Shown: positions 26,167 to 38,891, counted from the first letter of the whole stretch. The stretch: DNA of 63,934 nt, filler included, from Vicugna vicugna (GCA_013265495.1; 77 parts of 75 records of this genome joined end to end with filler, not necessarily neighbours in it); one strand, 5' to 3'. Numbers and translations: made by a program. The notes: generated by a model not told the origin, from the sequence alone.

Positions 26167-27003
26167 GGTTCCGGAATCCTGAGCGTGGGGAGGTTCCACT
26201 AACGGACGGCATCGCGTGGGTTCTAACGGAAAACATATGCTCGTCTCCCCAGAGGGTTTTCCTAATATTTCTTTGCCAGGGTATGCTAGGGGGGTTTGCA
26301 GGATATCCCAGTGTCAGAGGCTGCCTCCCCAAGGTCAGGGAATTTATTTCTCGAACTTCCCCGAAGAGCGAACACCTGTGACTGAAGAGAGCTGCATGGG
26401 GTTGTCTCTCGAGCTCCCCCACGCACTGACAACGTGTCCGGAATCCTGAGCGTGGGGAGTTTCCACCAACGGTCAGTGTGTTCTAATGCCTAAGCTCGTC
26501 TCCTTTGAGGCTTGTAATAATATCTCTGTGCCAGGGAATCTAGGGGTGATTGCAAGATATCCCAGTGACCTCGGCTGCCTCCCCAAGATCAGGGAAGGTA
26601 TTTCTCGGACTTCCCCGAACAGTGAACACCTGTGTGTGAAGAGAGCTGCGTGGGGTTGTCTCTCGTGCTCCCCCACGCACTGACAGTGGTTCCGGAATCT
26701 TTAGCGTGGGGAGGTTTCCCTAACGGTCGACAGCGCGTGGGTTCTAACGAAAAGCCTATGCTCGTCTCCCCTGAGGGTTTTCCTAATATCTCTGTGCCAG
26801 GGAATGCTAGGTGTGATTTTAGGATATCCCAGTGTCAAAGGCTGCCTCCCTAAGTTCAGGGAAGTTATTTCTCGGACTTCCCCGAACAGGGAACACCTGT
26901 GAATGAAGAGAGCTGGGTTGAGTTGTCTCTCGAACTCCCCCACGCACTGACAGTTGGTTCCGGAATCCTGGGCGTGGGGAGGATCCACCAACGGTCGGAA
27001 GCG
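26167..27003. repeat. Satellite B (~3 monomers)
   Basis: Tandem monomers, one with small deletions near 26475. Confidence 0.95.
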
Positions 27004-27149
27004 NNNNNNNNNNNNNNNNNNNNNNNNNNNNNNNNNNNNNNNNNNNNTTAATTAATTAANNNNNNNNNNNNNNNNNNNNNNNNNNNNNNNNNNNNNNNNN
27101 NNNATGACCTTGCACATGGGAGCGCTTCCTGTTAATCCTTCCTCCAGTT

Positions 27150-27224
27150 TGCGTGTTTGTGTGCGTGCACGCGCGCATGGGAGTGTGCATGTGTGCATGT
27201 GGGTGTGTGTGTGTGTGTGTGTGT
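27150..27224. repeat. (TG)n microsatellite with degenerate flank
   Basis: gtgtgtgt run at ~27203-27224. Confidence 0.85.
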
Positions 27225-28095
27225 ACAGGCTGGAATCAGGCTTTGAGTTTTTTCCTAGGAGGAGGAGAACTATATATTACTCTGATTGTTTTGGCTGCCA
27301 CCTGAGGGTCTGAATGACTTCTAACTCACCTATTTTTTTCACTGTGAGCTCATGAGGCCCTGCACTCACTAGGCTGCTCAGCGTGTACAGAGAACAAGTC
27401 AGCGGTCTCTATCAGCCTCATGTCCTCTCCTGTGACTCCCTTCCCCGGCTCAAGTCTGAAGTGACTCAAAGATCACTGCCCTTTCTGGGAAGAAGTTTCC
27501 CTTCACCACTGCTGCAGCAGCGTTTCCAGCTACTGAACAAAGGGGTCTCTCCTATATTGTCTCTCTCTGCAAGTGATGAAAAAGACAACCCCCAGTCCTC
27601 TGCTAATTTTTATGGGTAGGTGAATACTTAATGCAGCTCCTTCCCCACCCAGCTCCACAGATTAACTCAAGCCTCCAGCTGCCTCACCCACCTCTGAGAG
27701 CATACAGAACCCAGCAGCCACCAGATTCCTGGCAGTGACAAAGTTCAAAGAAACGTCTTGAAAGAGTATGTGGTCTGAACAAAAGTGCAGGCATTTTCCA
27801 TAGGTCCTGCTCCCAATTTATTGTAGAATGTGTAGGAGAAAAATCCCACTCCCCTGCCTCTACCTGAGGAGAAGAGAGGATGGATGGCACACAGGGCATC
27901 AACTTTTCTGGCTGCTACTGAACAGAGAGGTTTCTATCTCATTTGCTAACGATACTTACAGGACTTGGCACAACCTAGTACCCTGTGCACACTGTNNNNN
28001 NNNNNNNNNNNNNNNNNNNNNNNNNNNNNNNNNNNNNNNTTAATTAATTAANNNNNNNNNNNNNNNNNNNNNNNNNNNNNNNNNNNNNNNNNNNN

Positions 28096-29251
28096 CTTGT
28101 TTGGTGGATGAAAGGTCAGTAATCCACATGGTCACAAGACAGAAACCCATGATTGCCGAATCCGTCATTCATCTAGCATGTACGGAACCCGGAATGCCAT
28201 GTTGATGGAATTCATGTAAATTACATACCTATTACGTGGAAATCGCTCCAGAACAATTTTTCTGTGAAAAATGCACGAATTCGATTCGAACCTGGTGTTA
28301 GGGAAAGCTTGTGAAAATGTGTATACGTGTCTAGATGAAAATATTCCATTTATAGAGGATGAAAGAATAGTAATCCAGATGCCCTCAATTCACGAATGCA
28401 TGTTTGTCGAATCCGTCATGTATGTAGCATGTACGGAACACGAAATATTATGTAGATGGAATCTATTCAAATTAAATATCTCAAGGGTAGAATTCGCTCC
28501 AAGAGGGTTTTTCTGGGTTAAAGTGTGCTTCATGAAACAGGTGATAGGAAGAAGCTACGAAGTCAAATATTTCAGAGTGTATAGGTAACTTGTTTGGTGG
28601 TAGAAACATCAGTCATGCGCATGTTCACAACTCAGAAATGCATGTTTGAGGAATCCGTGATGCATGAAACATGTTCGAAATACTGAATGCCATGGTTATG
28701 TAAACAATGTAANNNNNNNNNNNNNNNNNNNNNNNNNNNNNNNNNNNNNNNNNNNNNNNNNNNNNNNNNNNNNNNNNNNNNNNNNNNNNNNNNNNNNNNN
28801 NNNNNNNNNNNNNNNNNNNNNNNNNNNNNNNNNNNNNNNNNNNNNNNNNNNNNNNNNNNNNNNNNNNNNNNNNNNNNNNNNNNNNNNNNNNNNNNNNNNN
28901 NNNNNNNNNNNNNNNNNNNNNNNNNNNNNNNNNNNNNNNNNNNNNNNNNNNNNNNNNNNNNNNNNNNNNNNNNNNNNNNNNNNNNNNNNNNNNNNNNNNN
29001 NNNNNNNNNNNNNNNNNNNNNNNNNNNNNNNNNNNNNNNNNNNNNNNNNNNNNNNNNNNNNNNNNNNNNNNNNNNNNNNNNNNNNNNNNNNNNNNNNNNN
29101 GATTAGTAATCACATGCTCTCAACTCAGGTATGCATGTTTGTCAAATCAGTCATGTATGTCACATGTAATGAACACGGAATATCATGAAGATGGAATCTA
29201 TTCAAATAAATATCTCTATGGTAGAATTCGCTCCAAGAGGGTTTTTCTGGG
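28096..29251. repeat. Satellite C
   Basis: Subunit anchor 'catgt[a/t]cg[g/a]aa' at 28177, 28428 and 28670 (spacings 251, 242). Confidence 0.94.
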
Positions 29252-29459
29252 NNNNNNNNNNNNNNNNNNNNNNNNNNNNNNNNNNNNNNNNNNNNTTAAT
29301 TAATTAANNNNNNNNNNNNNNNNNNNNNNNNNNNNNNNNNNNNNNNNNNNNCTCTCTTCCTTTCCTTAAGACTTGCCACCAACAGGAAGGCTCCAGCTTC
29401 CACACACATGGAAACGGTCATTTAGTCATCATTGACCAAGCCAGCATATTAAGAAAGAT

Positions 29460-29544
29460 TTTTTTTCTTTTTTTTTCTTTTTTTTGGCGGGGGGAAGTAT
29501 ATTTAGGTTTTTTATTTGTTCATTTTTAGAGAAGGTACTGGGGT
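29460..29544 (-). mobile_element. 5'-truncated camelid SINE tail with probable target-site duplication
   Basis: polyT + 'ggggggaagta..ttagg..tttatttgtt..aggtactgggg', flanked by a(a/g)gaaagattt on both sides. Confidence 0.65.
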
Positions 29545-30297
29545 AGGAAAGATTTGGTTTTTTTAATGATTCAGATAAGTCAGCAGATTTCTGTCAGAAT
29601 GAAATTAAAGTCTCTTACATTTTGATAAGGCTCTTAAAATATTTCTAGGGCCATCAATAATTTTCATGTTAACCGCTCACATTTTTGATTTAAATTGTTC
29701 AGAAATCAAATCCATGTACCCGTGAAGGAGGATTTACTCAGCATTACTCTCTCCTATTCTTTTCCTTCCACATATAACAGCTTAAGTTCTGATTTTCTTC
29801 AGAATAAAGGGGCTTGAGAAGGCGTGCATTTTGGCAGGCAAGCTCACGGCAAGAATGATTCACAGTTTGTGAAATGGGCTATCGGGGATGTGCGATCTTG
29901 AGCGGTTAGCTGCCCCAGCCACGTTTTAAGAAGTTTCCGTGCGTTATTTAATATGATTTACATCTGTGCTCAAAGAAACCCATTATATACCCATTATATG
30001 GAGGTATCAGACCTGGGGTGAGCTTGAGAAACGAATGCCATGTCACACAAGATAGAGGCAGGATGTGAACACAGGTGGTCCCATTGCAAAGGTTTATACA
30101 GTGGAATGGTTTATGGTACATTAACATTCAGACTTACTTTATCCCATCTTACTTGTCATCATTAAGCACTTCTGCAGAGGTGATTACTTTAACCCTCNNN
30201 NNNNNNNNNNNNNNNNNNNNNNNNNNNNNNNNNNNNNNNNNTTAATTAATTAANNNNNNNNNNNNNNNNNNNNNNNNNNNNNNNNNNNNNNNNNNNN

Positions 30298-30756
30298 ATT
30301 TATACCATTATAAGAAAGCATTTCTAAGAATAATATCAAGAAAAAAACCCAAAAAGAAAACATTTACTATCTATAGGTTATTTTGGGCCACAACAAAAAT
30401 GAACCTACTGAACAAAATGAAAGGCAAAAAGTGACAAGGGAAAGCTCTGTGATACATGTTGATGAAGACAAGGGGCTAATGTTCATAATATACATAGAGC
30501 TGTCACAAAGCAACAAGAAGCTCCCTCACTGAAATATTTGCAAAGGACAAAGGGATCATTCACTTTTTAAAAGTTAGGTGGCTAATGAGTGAAAAATGCT
30601 CAATACCACACTGGTCATAAAGTGCAAACTAAAACAATGAAAATCATTTTGCTCATCATATTGCCAAATATTTGTAAAATATATTCCAGCTAGTGTCCAT
30701 TTTTGAGGAGTGATCTTTTGGAGGACGACATGTCAATGGATATATAAACCCTGGAA
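30298..30756 (+). mobile_element. Ancient L1M ORF2 3' fragment
   Basis: 'gacaaggggctaatgttcataatatacatagagct', 'gtgaaaaatgctcaa..cactggtcataaagtgcaaactaaaacaatga'. Confidence 0.7.
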
Positions 30757-30856
30757 NNNNNNNNNNNNNNNNNNNNNNNNNNNNNNNNNNNNNNNNNNNN
30801 TTAATTAATTAANNNNNNNNNNNNNNNNNNNNNNNNNNNNNNNNNNNNNNNNNNNN

Positions 30857-31647
30857 AGCTGGGGCTCAGCCACAGCCACCATACCCTCTGGTGCTTTGCA
30901 CATAGGTGGCAGTGGGGGCAAAACCTGTATCCTCTCCTAAGGACTTAGCAGCCTCAAAAGCCAAATGGGGCTTGTCTACAGTCCAAGGCAGATAGGATAC
31001 TTCTGTCGTTTTTCCTCAGAATACTTGCTCTGCCTAGACAAACATGGAGATGTGTTTTGGCCCAAACAGGGACAGGTCTGTTCCTAAGTCTACCCTGAGC
31101 CCAATTCCGGTGTGCAAGCCTGAGGCGGAGCATTCAGTGGCACAGAGCAGTGGAGAGACTGGCACCCTGAGGTGGCTGATGGCCCACCAAATTTTGGGGT
31201 TGAATGCAGCCTCTGACCATGGTACTGGGAGAGGGCATGACACCCACTCCTGCCTGCTCAGTCAGAAACATTTGACTGCAGCCTCAGACAGGGCAGTGAG
31301 AAGCCAGCTCACAGTAAAGAGAGCTGCTCCAGAACCAGTTTTCAGTGTAGGAGCAATCTACTTGCTGATAGGCTCTGGGAGCAGCACAGATGAGGGCTCC
31401 AATGGAGGGCCTCTGGAAAAAGCAAGCTCAGCTTCAAAAACAGGATGAATACAGAAAGAGTTCACATTAAATGTACACAGTCTCCAGGAGGACACTGACC
31501 ATCCCCTTGTCTTAATCTGTTTTTACCTGTTCCATTTTCTATTACCCTCTTAATTTTTACTACTAAGTCAATTATATATACCCCCATATTAATCCCTTTG
31601 AAATTTTTAAAAATATTTTTAATATTATTATTTTTCAAAACTCTGCA
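30857..31647 (+). mobile_element. Possible LINE-1 5'UTR fragment
   Basis: GC-richer segment grading into a T-rich tract, an architecture typical of artiodactyl L1 5'UTRs; no protein evidence. Confidence 0.35.
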
Positions 31648-32417
31648 CCAACTTGCTTTTCTATTANNNNNNNNNNNNNNNNNNNNNNNNNNNNNNNNNN
31701 NNNNNNNNNNTTAATTAATTAANNNNNNNNNNNNNNNNNNNNNNNNNNNNNNNNNNNNNNNNNNNNGGGTAGTATTTTTATACACTTTAACATGTGGGTT
31801 AATGCAAAGGGCCCAAATCTATAAAGGCTGGAGCATCTTGCACCCCATAAGCTCTCAGAACTAACCGGAAGGATCTCATCCATTGGAGAGAAGTTGTTGG
31901 GGGTTGTATAAATTAAGAGGAATAGAGAAAAGAGAAAAGAAAAGAAAAATGCAGAAAATACAGAATATACAGAAAAGAGAATGGGGACAAAGCCAGGAGA
32001 TGACAGAAATTATAAGGTAATATTTCTGAGCTCATCACAGAAAATAACAGAAGACGGACAACTACAAACAGCAGAAGGAACTCCTATTCTTACCTCTCAG
32101 TCTTAGAAAGTTAATTTAAACCCCATGTATAAATGAGTGACCTAAAGGATCGTGATTAATTCTCACACAGAGCTACTGCACCAAAAGAAAGGGTAAGTTG
32201 TAAAATATTGTCCCTACAATCAATGAGATCACGCAACAAATGTATGCATGTAAAACACATAAATTTCTAACCTAATATTTAAAACAAGCTAAATGCAATC
32301 CAAAATATGAAATAGTANNNNNNNNNNNNNNNNNNNNNNNNNNNNNNNNNNNNNNNNNNNNTTAATTAATTAANNNNNNNNNNNNNNNNNNNNNNNNNNN
32401 NNNNNNNNNNNNNNNNN

Positions 32418-32804
32418 CTCGCTCCAAAGCGGTTTTCCACAGCAAACCGCTCTTCCTTAGAATCTGGAATTAGGAAACCTGCTGAGAATTCAGAGTAAGT
32501 ATTTCTGTAAGTCACTTAACCTTCAATGCTGGATGAAAGAACGCCTCTCCACAAGATCACTTCTGACATTTGAATTTGTGTTGGAGACGTCCTTCTCCTA
32601 ACATGTTGGAAAGCCAGAGTTTCTGGAATACTTCGGGAACTACCCAATTTACATATCAAAGCGGAGGAACTCGATTCAAAGCAGTTTACCAAAGCAAAGT
32701 GATTTTTCTTTGAAACCAGCGTTTCACAGTAAACATAAAAGGCAGAGTAATACAAACAAGTTCTCTGATTTCTCAGTATGTTTCTTAAACCCGGTTTCAA
32801 GTAA
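32418..32804. repeat. Satellite E (~252-bp diverged member of the C/D superfamily)
   Basis: 'gctccaaagcggtttt' at 32421 vs 'gattcaaagcagttt' at 32673; motifs 'cagagtaagtatttc' and 'gctggatgaa.gaacg..tctccaca' shared with D. Confidence 0.75.
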
Positions 32805-32904
32805 NNNNNNNNNNNNNNNNNNNNNNNNNNNNNNNNNNNNNNNNNNNNTTAATTAATTAANNNNNNNNNNNNNNNNNNNNNNNNNNNNNNNNNNNNNNNN
32901 NNNN

Positions 32905-33928
32905 GTTTGCAGGATATCCCAGTGATGGAGGCTTCCTCCCCAAGGTCAGGCAAAGTATTTCTCGGACTTCCCCAATCAGGGAACACCTGTGACTGAAGAG
33001 AGCTGCGTGGAGTTGTCTCTCGAGCTCCCCCACGCACTGACATTTGTTCCGGAATGCTGAGAGTGGGGAGGTTCCACCAACGGTCGGCAGCGCGTTGGGT
33101 CTAACGGAAAGCCTAAGCTCGTCTCCCCTGAGTGTTTTCCTAATATCTCTCTGCCAGCGAATGCCAGGGGGGTTTGCAGGATATCCCAGTGACAGAGGCT
33201 GCCTCCCCAAGNNNNNNNNNNNNNNNNNNNNNNNNNNNNNNNNNNNNNNNNNNNNNNNNNNNNNNNNNNNNNNNNNNNNNNNNNNNNNNNNNNNNNNNNN
33301 NNNNNNNNNNNNNNNNNNNNNNNNNNNNNNNNNNNNNNNNNNNNNNNNNNNNNNNNNNNNNNNNNNNNNNNNNNNNNNNNNNNNNNNNNNNNNNNNNNNN
33401 NNNNNNTGCCAGGGAATGCTAGGGGTGTTTGCAGGATATCCCAGTGACAGAGGCTGCCTCCCGAAGGTCAGGGAAAGTTTTTCTCGGACTTCCCCGAACA
33501 GGGAGCACCTGTGACTGAAGAGAGCAGCGTGGAGTTGTCTCTCGAGGTCCCCCACGCACTGACAATGGTTCCGGAATCCTGAGTGTGGGGAGGTTCTACC
33601 AACGGTCGTCAGCGTGTGGGTTCTAGCAGAAAGCCTAAACTCGTCTAACCTGAGGGTTTTCCTAATTTCTCTGTGCCAGGGAATTCTAGGGGGGTTTGCA
33701 GGATATCCCAGTGACAGAGGCTGCCTCCCCAAGTTAAGGGAAGGTATTTCTCGGACTTCCCCGAACAGGGAGCACCTGTGACTGAAGAGAGCTGCGTGGA
33801 GTTTTCTCTCGAGCTCCCCCAAGCACTGACCATGGTTCCGAAATCCTGAGCATGGGAGGTTCAACCAACGGTCGACAGCGCGTGAGTTCTAACAGATAGC
33901 CTAAGCTCGTCTCCCCTGAGGGTTTTCC
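32905..33928. repeat. Satellite B
   Basis: Tandem monomers. Confidence 0.95.
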
Positions 33929-34028
33929 NNNNNNNNNNNNNNNNNNNNNNNNNNNNNNNNNNNNNNNNNNNNTTAATTAATTAANNNNNNNNNNNNNNNN
34001 NNNNNNNNNNNNNNNNNNNNNNNNNNNN

Positions 34029-34883
34029 GAAACAAAGCACACGCATTTTTCAGGGGCCACATTTATTCCCATACTGTGGGTTGTAGGTTACATTTCTCCA
34101 CCTCCCACGGAGAGGCACACACTGATACTTGGATTAAGAGCCCAAATCCCTCTTTCAGTCACACTCTGGCCTAGGTAAACCATCAGGGAATACAAGCAAA
34201 TCGATTCTATTAAAACCAAGATGCTGATGTCACTAGGAGGAACTACCTCACCCTCAGAATTCTGGAACACAACCTTGTGTGGTGGGGAAATGTGGAGCCC
34301 CACTCCACGCAGATGAATGGGTGCTCAGGTGTTTCCCTTTAGGGAGAATTCCTCTAAGAACTTCCTCAGTCCATCGGGGGGTACTCGCTGCTACTTGGAC
34401 TCCAAGCCCAACCCCCAGCTTTCTCTCATGGCCCGGCCTAAGGAAACACTCAGGGAACACAAGCTAAGGGATCCTAATAGAACCCAGGTGCTGCTGTCAT
34501 TTGGAGTAGCCACCCCAAGCTCAGGATTCCAGAAAACTACTTCGTGTGTGTTCTGTTGGTGGAGAAACAGAGTCCACGCATATTTCAGGGGGCACAGGTA
34601 TTCCCTTGTTGGGAGGGGATTGTTGATTAAACACCTCCACTTCCCATGGAGAGGCACTCACTAATACTTGGATTTAGAGCACAAATCCCACTTTGAACTG
34701 CACTCCGGAATACGCAATCCATCAGGGAAGAGAAGCTTAAGGATTCTACTAGAACACTGGCACTGCTCTCAGTTGGAGGATATTTCCCACTCTTAGGATT
34801 CCGGAAGCTAGACTTGTGGGGAGGGGGATTTGTGTATTCCCAAACCACGTAGTTGGATGTGGGCACAGGTGTTCCCCTTTAGG
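34029..34883. repeat. Satellite B' (~540-bp dimer)
   Basis: 'cagggaa.a.aagc' at ~34184, 34451 and 34723; 'tacttggatt.agagc' only at 34126 and 34665 (539 apart). Confidence 0.88.
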
Positions 34884-34983
34884 NNNNNNNNNNNNNNNNN
34901 NNNNNNNNNNNNNNNNNNNNNNNNNNNTTAATTAATTAANNNNNNNNNNNNNNNNNNNNNNNNNNNNNNNNNNNNNNNNNNNN

Positions 34984-35756
34984 TTGCCGAATGCGTCATG
35001 CATGTAGCATGTACGGAACCCGGAATGCTATGTTGAATGAATTCATATATATTAGATATCTATTAGGTGGAAATAACTCCAGAAATATTTTTTTGTGAAA
35101 AAAGCATGAATTCGAACCTGGTTTTAGGGAAAGCTTGTGAAAATGTGTACACGTGTCTAGATGAAAACAGTACTTTTATAGAGGAGGAAAGATTAGTAAT
35201 CCAGATGCCCTCAACTCAGGAACGTATATTTGTCGAATCCGTNNNNNNNNNNNNNNNNNNNNNNNNNNNNNNNNNNNNNNNNNNNNNNNNNNNNNNNNNN
35301 NNNNNNNNNNNNNNNNNNNNNNNNNNNNNNNNNNNNNNNNNNNNNNNNNNNNNNNNNNNNNNNNNNNNNNNNNNNNNNNNNNNNNNNNNNNNNNNNNNNN
35401 NNNNNNNNNNNNNNNNNNNNNNNNNNNNNNNNNNNNNNNNNNNNNNNNNNNNNNNNNNNNNNNNNNNNNNNNNNNNNNNNNNNNNNNNNNNNNNNNNNNN
35501 NNNNNNNNNNNNNNNNNNNNNNNNNNNNNNNNNNNNNNNNNNNNNNNNNNNNNNNNNNNNNNNNNNNNNNNNNNNNNNNNNNNNNNNNNNNNNNNNNNNN
35601 NNNNNNNNNNNNNNNNNNNNNNNNNNNNNNNNNNNNNNNNNNNNNNNNAGAACCTGGTGATAAAACTATGAAGTCAGAGTAAATATTGGTAAGTCTATAT
35701 GCGCCTTGTTTGGAAGGTGAAAGGTGTGTAATCCACATGCTCACAAGTCAGAAATG
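34984..35756. repeat. Satellite C
   Basis: Colinear with 28096-28712. Confidence 0.93.
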
Positions 35757-35856
35757 NNNNNNNNNNNNNNNNNNNNNNNNNNNNNNNNNNNNNNNNNNNN
35801 TTAATTAATTAANNNNNNNNNNNNNNNNNNNNNNNNNNNNNNNNNNNNNNNNNNNN

Positions 35857-36564
35857 ATATTAGGAAAACCCTCAGGGGAGATGAGCTTAGTCTTTCCGTT
35901 AAACACACGCGCTGCCCACCGTTGGTGGAAAATCCCCAAGCTCAGTATTCCGGAATCATTGTCAGTGCGTGCTGGAGCTCGAGAGACAACTCCACGCATC
36001 TCTCTTCAGTCACAGGTGTTCCCTGTTCGGGGAAGTCCGAGAAGTACCTTCCCTGGCCTTGGGGAGGCAGCCTCTGTCACTGGGATATCCTGCAAACACC
36101 CCTAGCATTTCCTGGCACAGAGACATTAGGAAAAACCTCAGGGGAGNNNNNNNNNNNNNNNNNNNNNNNNNNNNNNNNNNNNNNNNNNNNNNNNNNNNNN
36201 NNNNNNNNNNNNNNNNNNNNNNNNNNNNNNNNNNNNNNNNNNNNNNNNNNNNNNNNNNNNNNNNNNNNNNNNNNNNNNNNNNNNNNNNNNNNNNNNNNNN
36301 NNNNNNNNNNNNNNNNNNNNNNNNNNNNNNNNNNNNNNNNNNNNNNNNNNNNNNNNNNNNNNNNNNNNNNNNNNNNNNNNNNNNNNNNNNNNNNNNNNNN
36401 NNNNNNNNNNNNNNNNNNNNNNNNNNNNNNNNNNNNNNNNNNNNNNNNNNNNNNNNNNNNNNNNNNNNNNNNNNNNNNNNNNNNNNNNNNNNNNNNNNNN
36501 TTCTGGAGGAGACACCTCAACGCAGCTCTCGTCAGTCACAGGTGTTCCCTGTTGTGGGAAGTCC
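35857..36564. repeat. Satellite B (opposite orientation)
   Basis: Reverse complement of the B monomer. Confidence 0.94.
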
Positions 36565-36664
36565 NNNNNNNNNNNNNNNNNNNNNNNNNNNNNNNNNNNN
36601 NNNNNNNNTTAATTAATTAANNNNNNNNNNNNNNNNNNNNNNNNNNNNNNNNNNNNNNNNNNNN

Positions 36665-37130
36665 AGAAAGTAGAACACAGAATATAGAATATAGAAGCCA
36701 AAATTTAGATCATGGAAATCAGAACTCAGTATTTAGATTATAGAATACAGAATACTGAATATACAATTTAGAATATAGAATGTAGAACACAAAATTTAGA
36801 ATATATAAAAAAGAATACTGAATATAAAGTTTAGAATATACAATGTAGAACACAGAATATAGAATGTAGAATACAGAATATAGAATCCAGAATAAAGAAT
36901 ATGCTATGCAGAATACAGAATTTAGAANNNNNNNNNNNNNNNNNNNNNNNNNNNNNNNNNNNNNNNNNNNNNNNNNNNNNNNNNNNNNNNNNNNNNNNNN
37001 NNNNNNNNNNNNNNNNNNNNNNNNNNNNNNNNNNNNNNNNNNNNNNNNNNNNNNNNNNNNNAATACAGAAAACAGAATTTAGAAAAAGGATTCCAGAACA
37101 CAGTAATTAGAATATAGAATAGAGAATAGT
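36665..37130. repeat. Satellite A
   Basis: Heptamer period; closely similar to 38690-38891. Confidence 0.94.
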
Positions 37131-37230
37131 NNNNNNNNNNNNNNNNNNNNNNNNNNNNNNNNNNNNNNNNNNNNTTAATTAATTAANNNNNNNNNNNNNN
37201 NNNNNNNNNNNNNNNNNNNNNNNNNNNNNN

Positions 37231-38013
37231 GGAACACAATGTTTCTTTTCAGTTGCAAAATCCACTCCATACATACATATGTTGAGGAACAATCTCCAAC
37301 TCGGTTTTACAGAGAAAAAGGCAAGCACTTCAAACCAACACTAGGAAACAGACTGAGAAACCAGAGTAAGGGTTTCTCCTGCAACCCGTTCCCTTTGTGC
37401 TGGATGAACGAACGTCTCTCCACATGCTCAGTTCTGAGAGATAAGTGNNNNNNNNNNNNNNNNNNNNNNNNNNNNNNNNNNNNNNNNNNNNNNNNNNNNN
37501 NNNNNNNNNNNNNNNNNNNNNNNNNNNNNNNNNNNNNNNNNNNNNNNNNNNNNNNNNNNNNNNNNNNNNNNNNNNNNNNNNNNNNNNNNNNNNNNNNNNN
37601 NNNNNNNNNNNNNNNNNNNNNNNNNNNNNNNNNNNNNNNNNNNNNNNNNNNNNNNNNNNNNNNNNNNNNNNNNNNNNNNNNNNNNNNNNNNNNNNNNNNN
37701 NNNNNNNNNNNNNNNNNNNNNNNNNNNNNNNNNNNNNNNNNNNNNNNNNNNNNNNNNNNNNNNNNNNNNNNNNNNNNNNNNNNNNNNNNNNNNNNNNNNN
37801 NNNNNNNNNNNNNNNNNNNNNNNNNNNNNNNNNNNNNNNNNNNNNNNNNNNNNNNNNNNNNNNNNNNNNNNNNNNNNNCCCGTTCCCTTTGTGCTGGATG
37901 AACGAACGTCTCTCCACATGCTCAGTTTTGAGAGATAAGTGTGTGTGAAAGCCATCCTGCAACTAGCCTGAAGGGAACACAAAGTTTCTTTTCAAATGCC
38001 AACTCCACTCCAT
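37231..38013. repeat. Satellite D (~249-bp monomer)
   Basis: Overlap of the two contigs (37385 = 37879, 37231 = 37974) reconstructs a 154+95 = 249-bp unit. Confidence 0.92.
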
Positions 38014-38113
38014 NNNNNNNNNNNNNNNNNNNNNNNNNNNNNNNNNNNNNNNNNNNNTTAATTAATTAANNNNNNNNNNNNNNNNNNNNNNNNNNNNNNN
38101 NNNNNNNNNNNNN

Positions 38114-38891
38114 GAATTTAGAACACAGAATATAGATTATGGAAACTTAATACAGAACGCAGAATTTAGAACATGGGATGTAGAACACAGAATTTAGATT
38201 AAAGAATACAGAATACTGAATATAGAATTTAGAACACAGAATATAGATTATGGAAACTTAATACAGAACGCAGAATTTAGAACATGGGATGTAGAACACA
38301 GAATTTAGATTATACAATACAGAATACTTAATAAAGAATTAAAAAATTGAATGTAGAACACAGAATATAGATTATGGAAACTTAATACAGAACGCAGAAT
38401 TTAGAACATGGGATGTAGAACACAGAATTTAGATTAAAGAATACAGAATACTGAATATAGAATTTAGAATATAGAAAATAGAACACATAATATAGAATAT
38501 AGATAGAGAATTTGCAACATGGAATATAGAGCACAGAATTTAGATTATACAATACAGAATACTTAATAAAGAATTAAAAAATTGAATGTAGAACACAGAA
38601 TATAGAATTTAAAACACATAATACTGAATTTATAATTTAGAATATAGAAAGTAGAAAACAGAATAGAATATATAGCTTAAAGAATATTCAAGCCAGATTT
38701 TGGAACATGGAAATCAGAACTCAGTATTTAGAATCTAGAATACAGAATACTGAATATACAATTTAGAATATAGAATGTAGAACACAGAATTTAGAATATA
38801 TAATAAATAATACTGAATATAGAGTTATATAGAATGTAAAAAATATTGAATGTAGAATACAGAATAAAGAATCCAGAATAAAGAACATGCT
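38114..38891. repeat. Satellite A with longer near-identical blocks
   Basis: Heptamer period; block starting 38114 is repeated at 38225 and again near 38356. Confidence 0.95.

Noticed and set aside
28271..28588. 105-aa ORF MHEFDSNLVLGKACENVY...
   Set aside because: Lies within satellite C, and the frame is broken in other copies
31767..32317. Possible LTR/ERV-derived scaffold
   Set aside because: No termini, PBS, PPT or coding similarity that I can support
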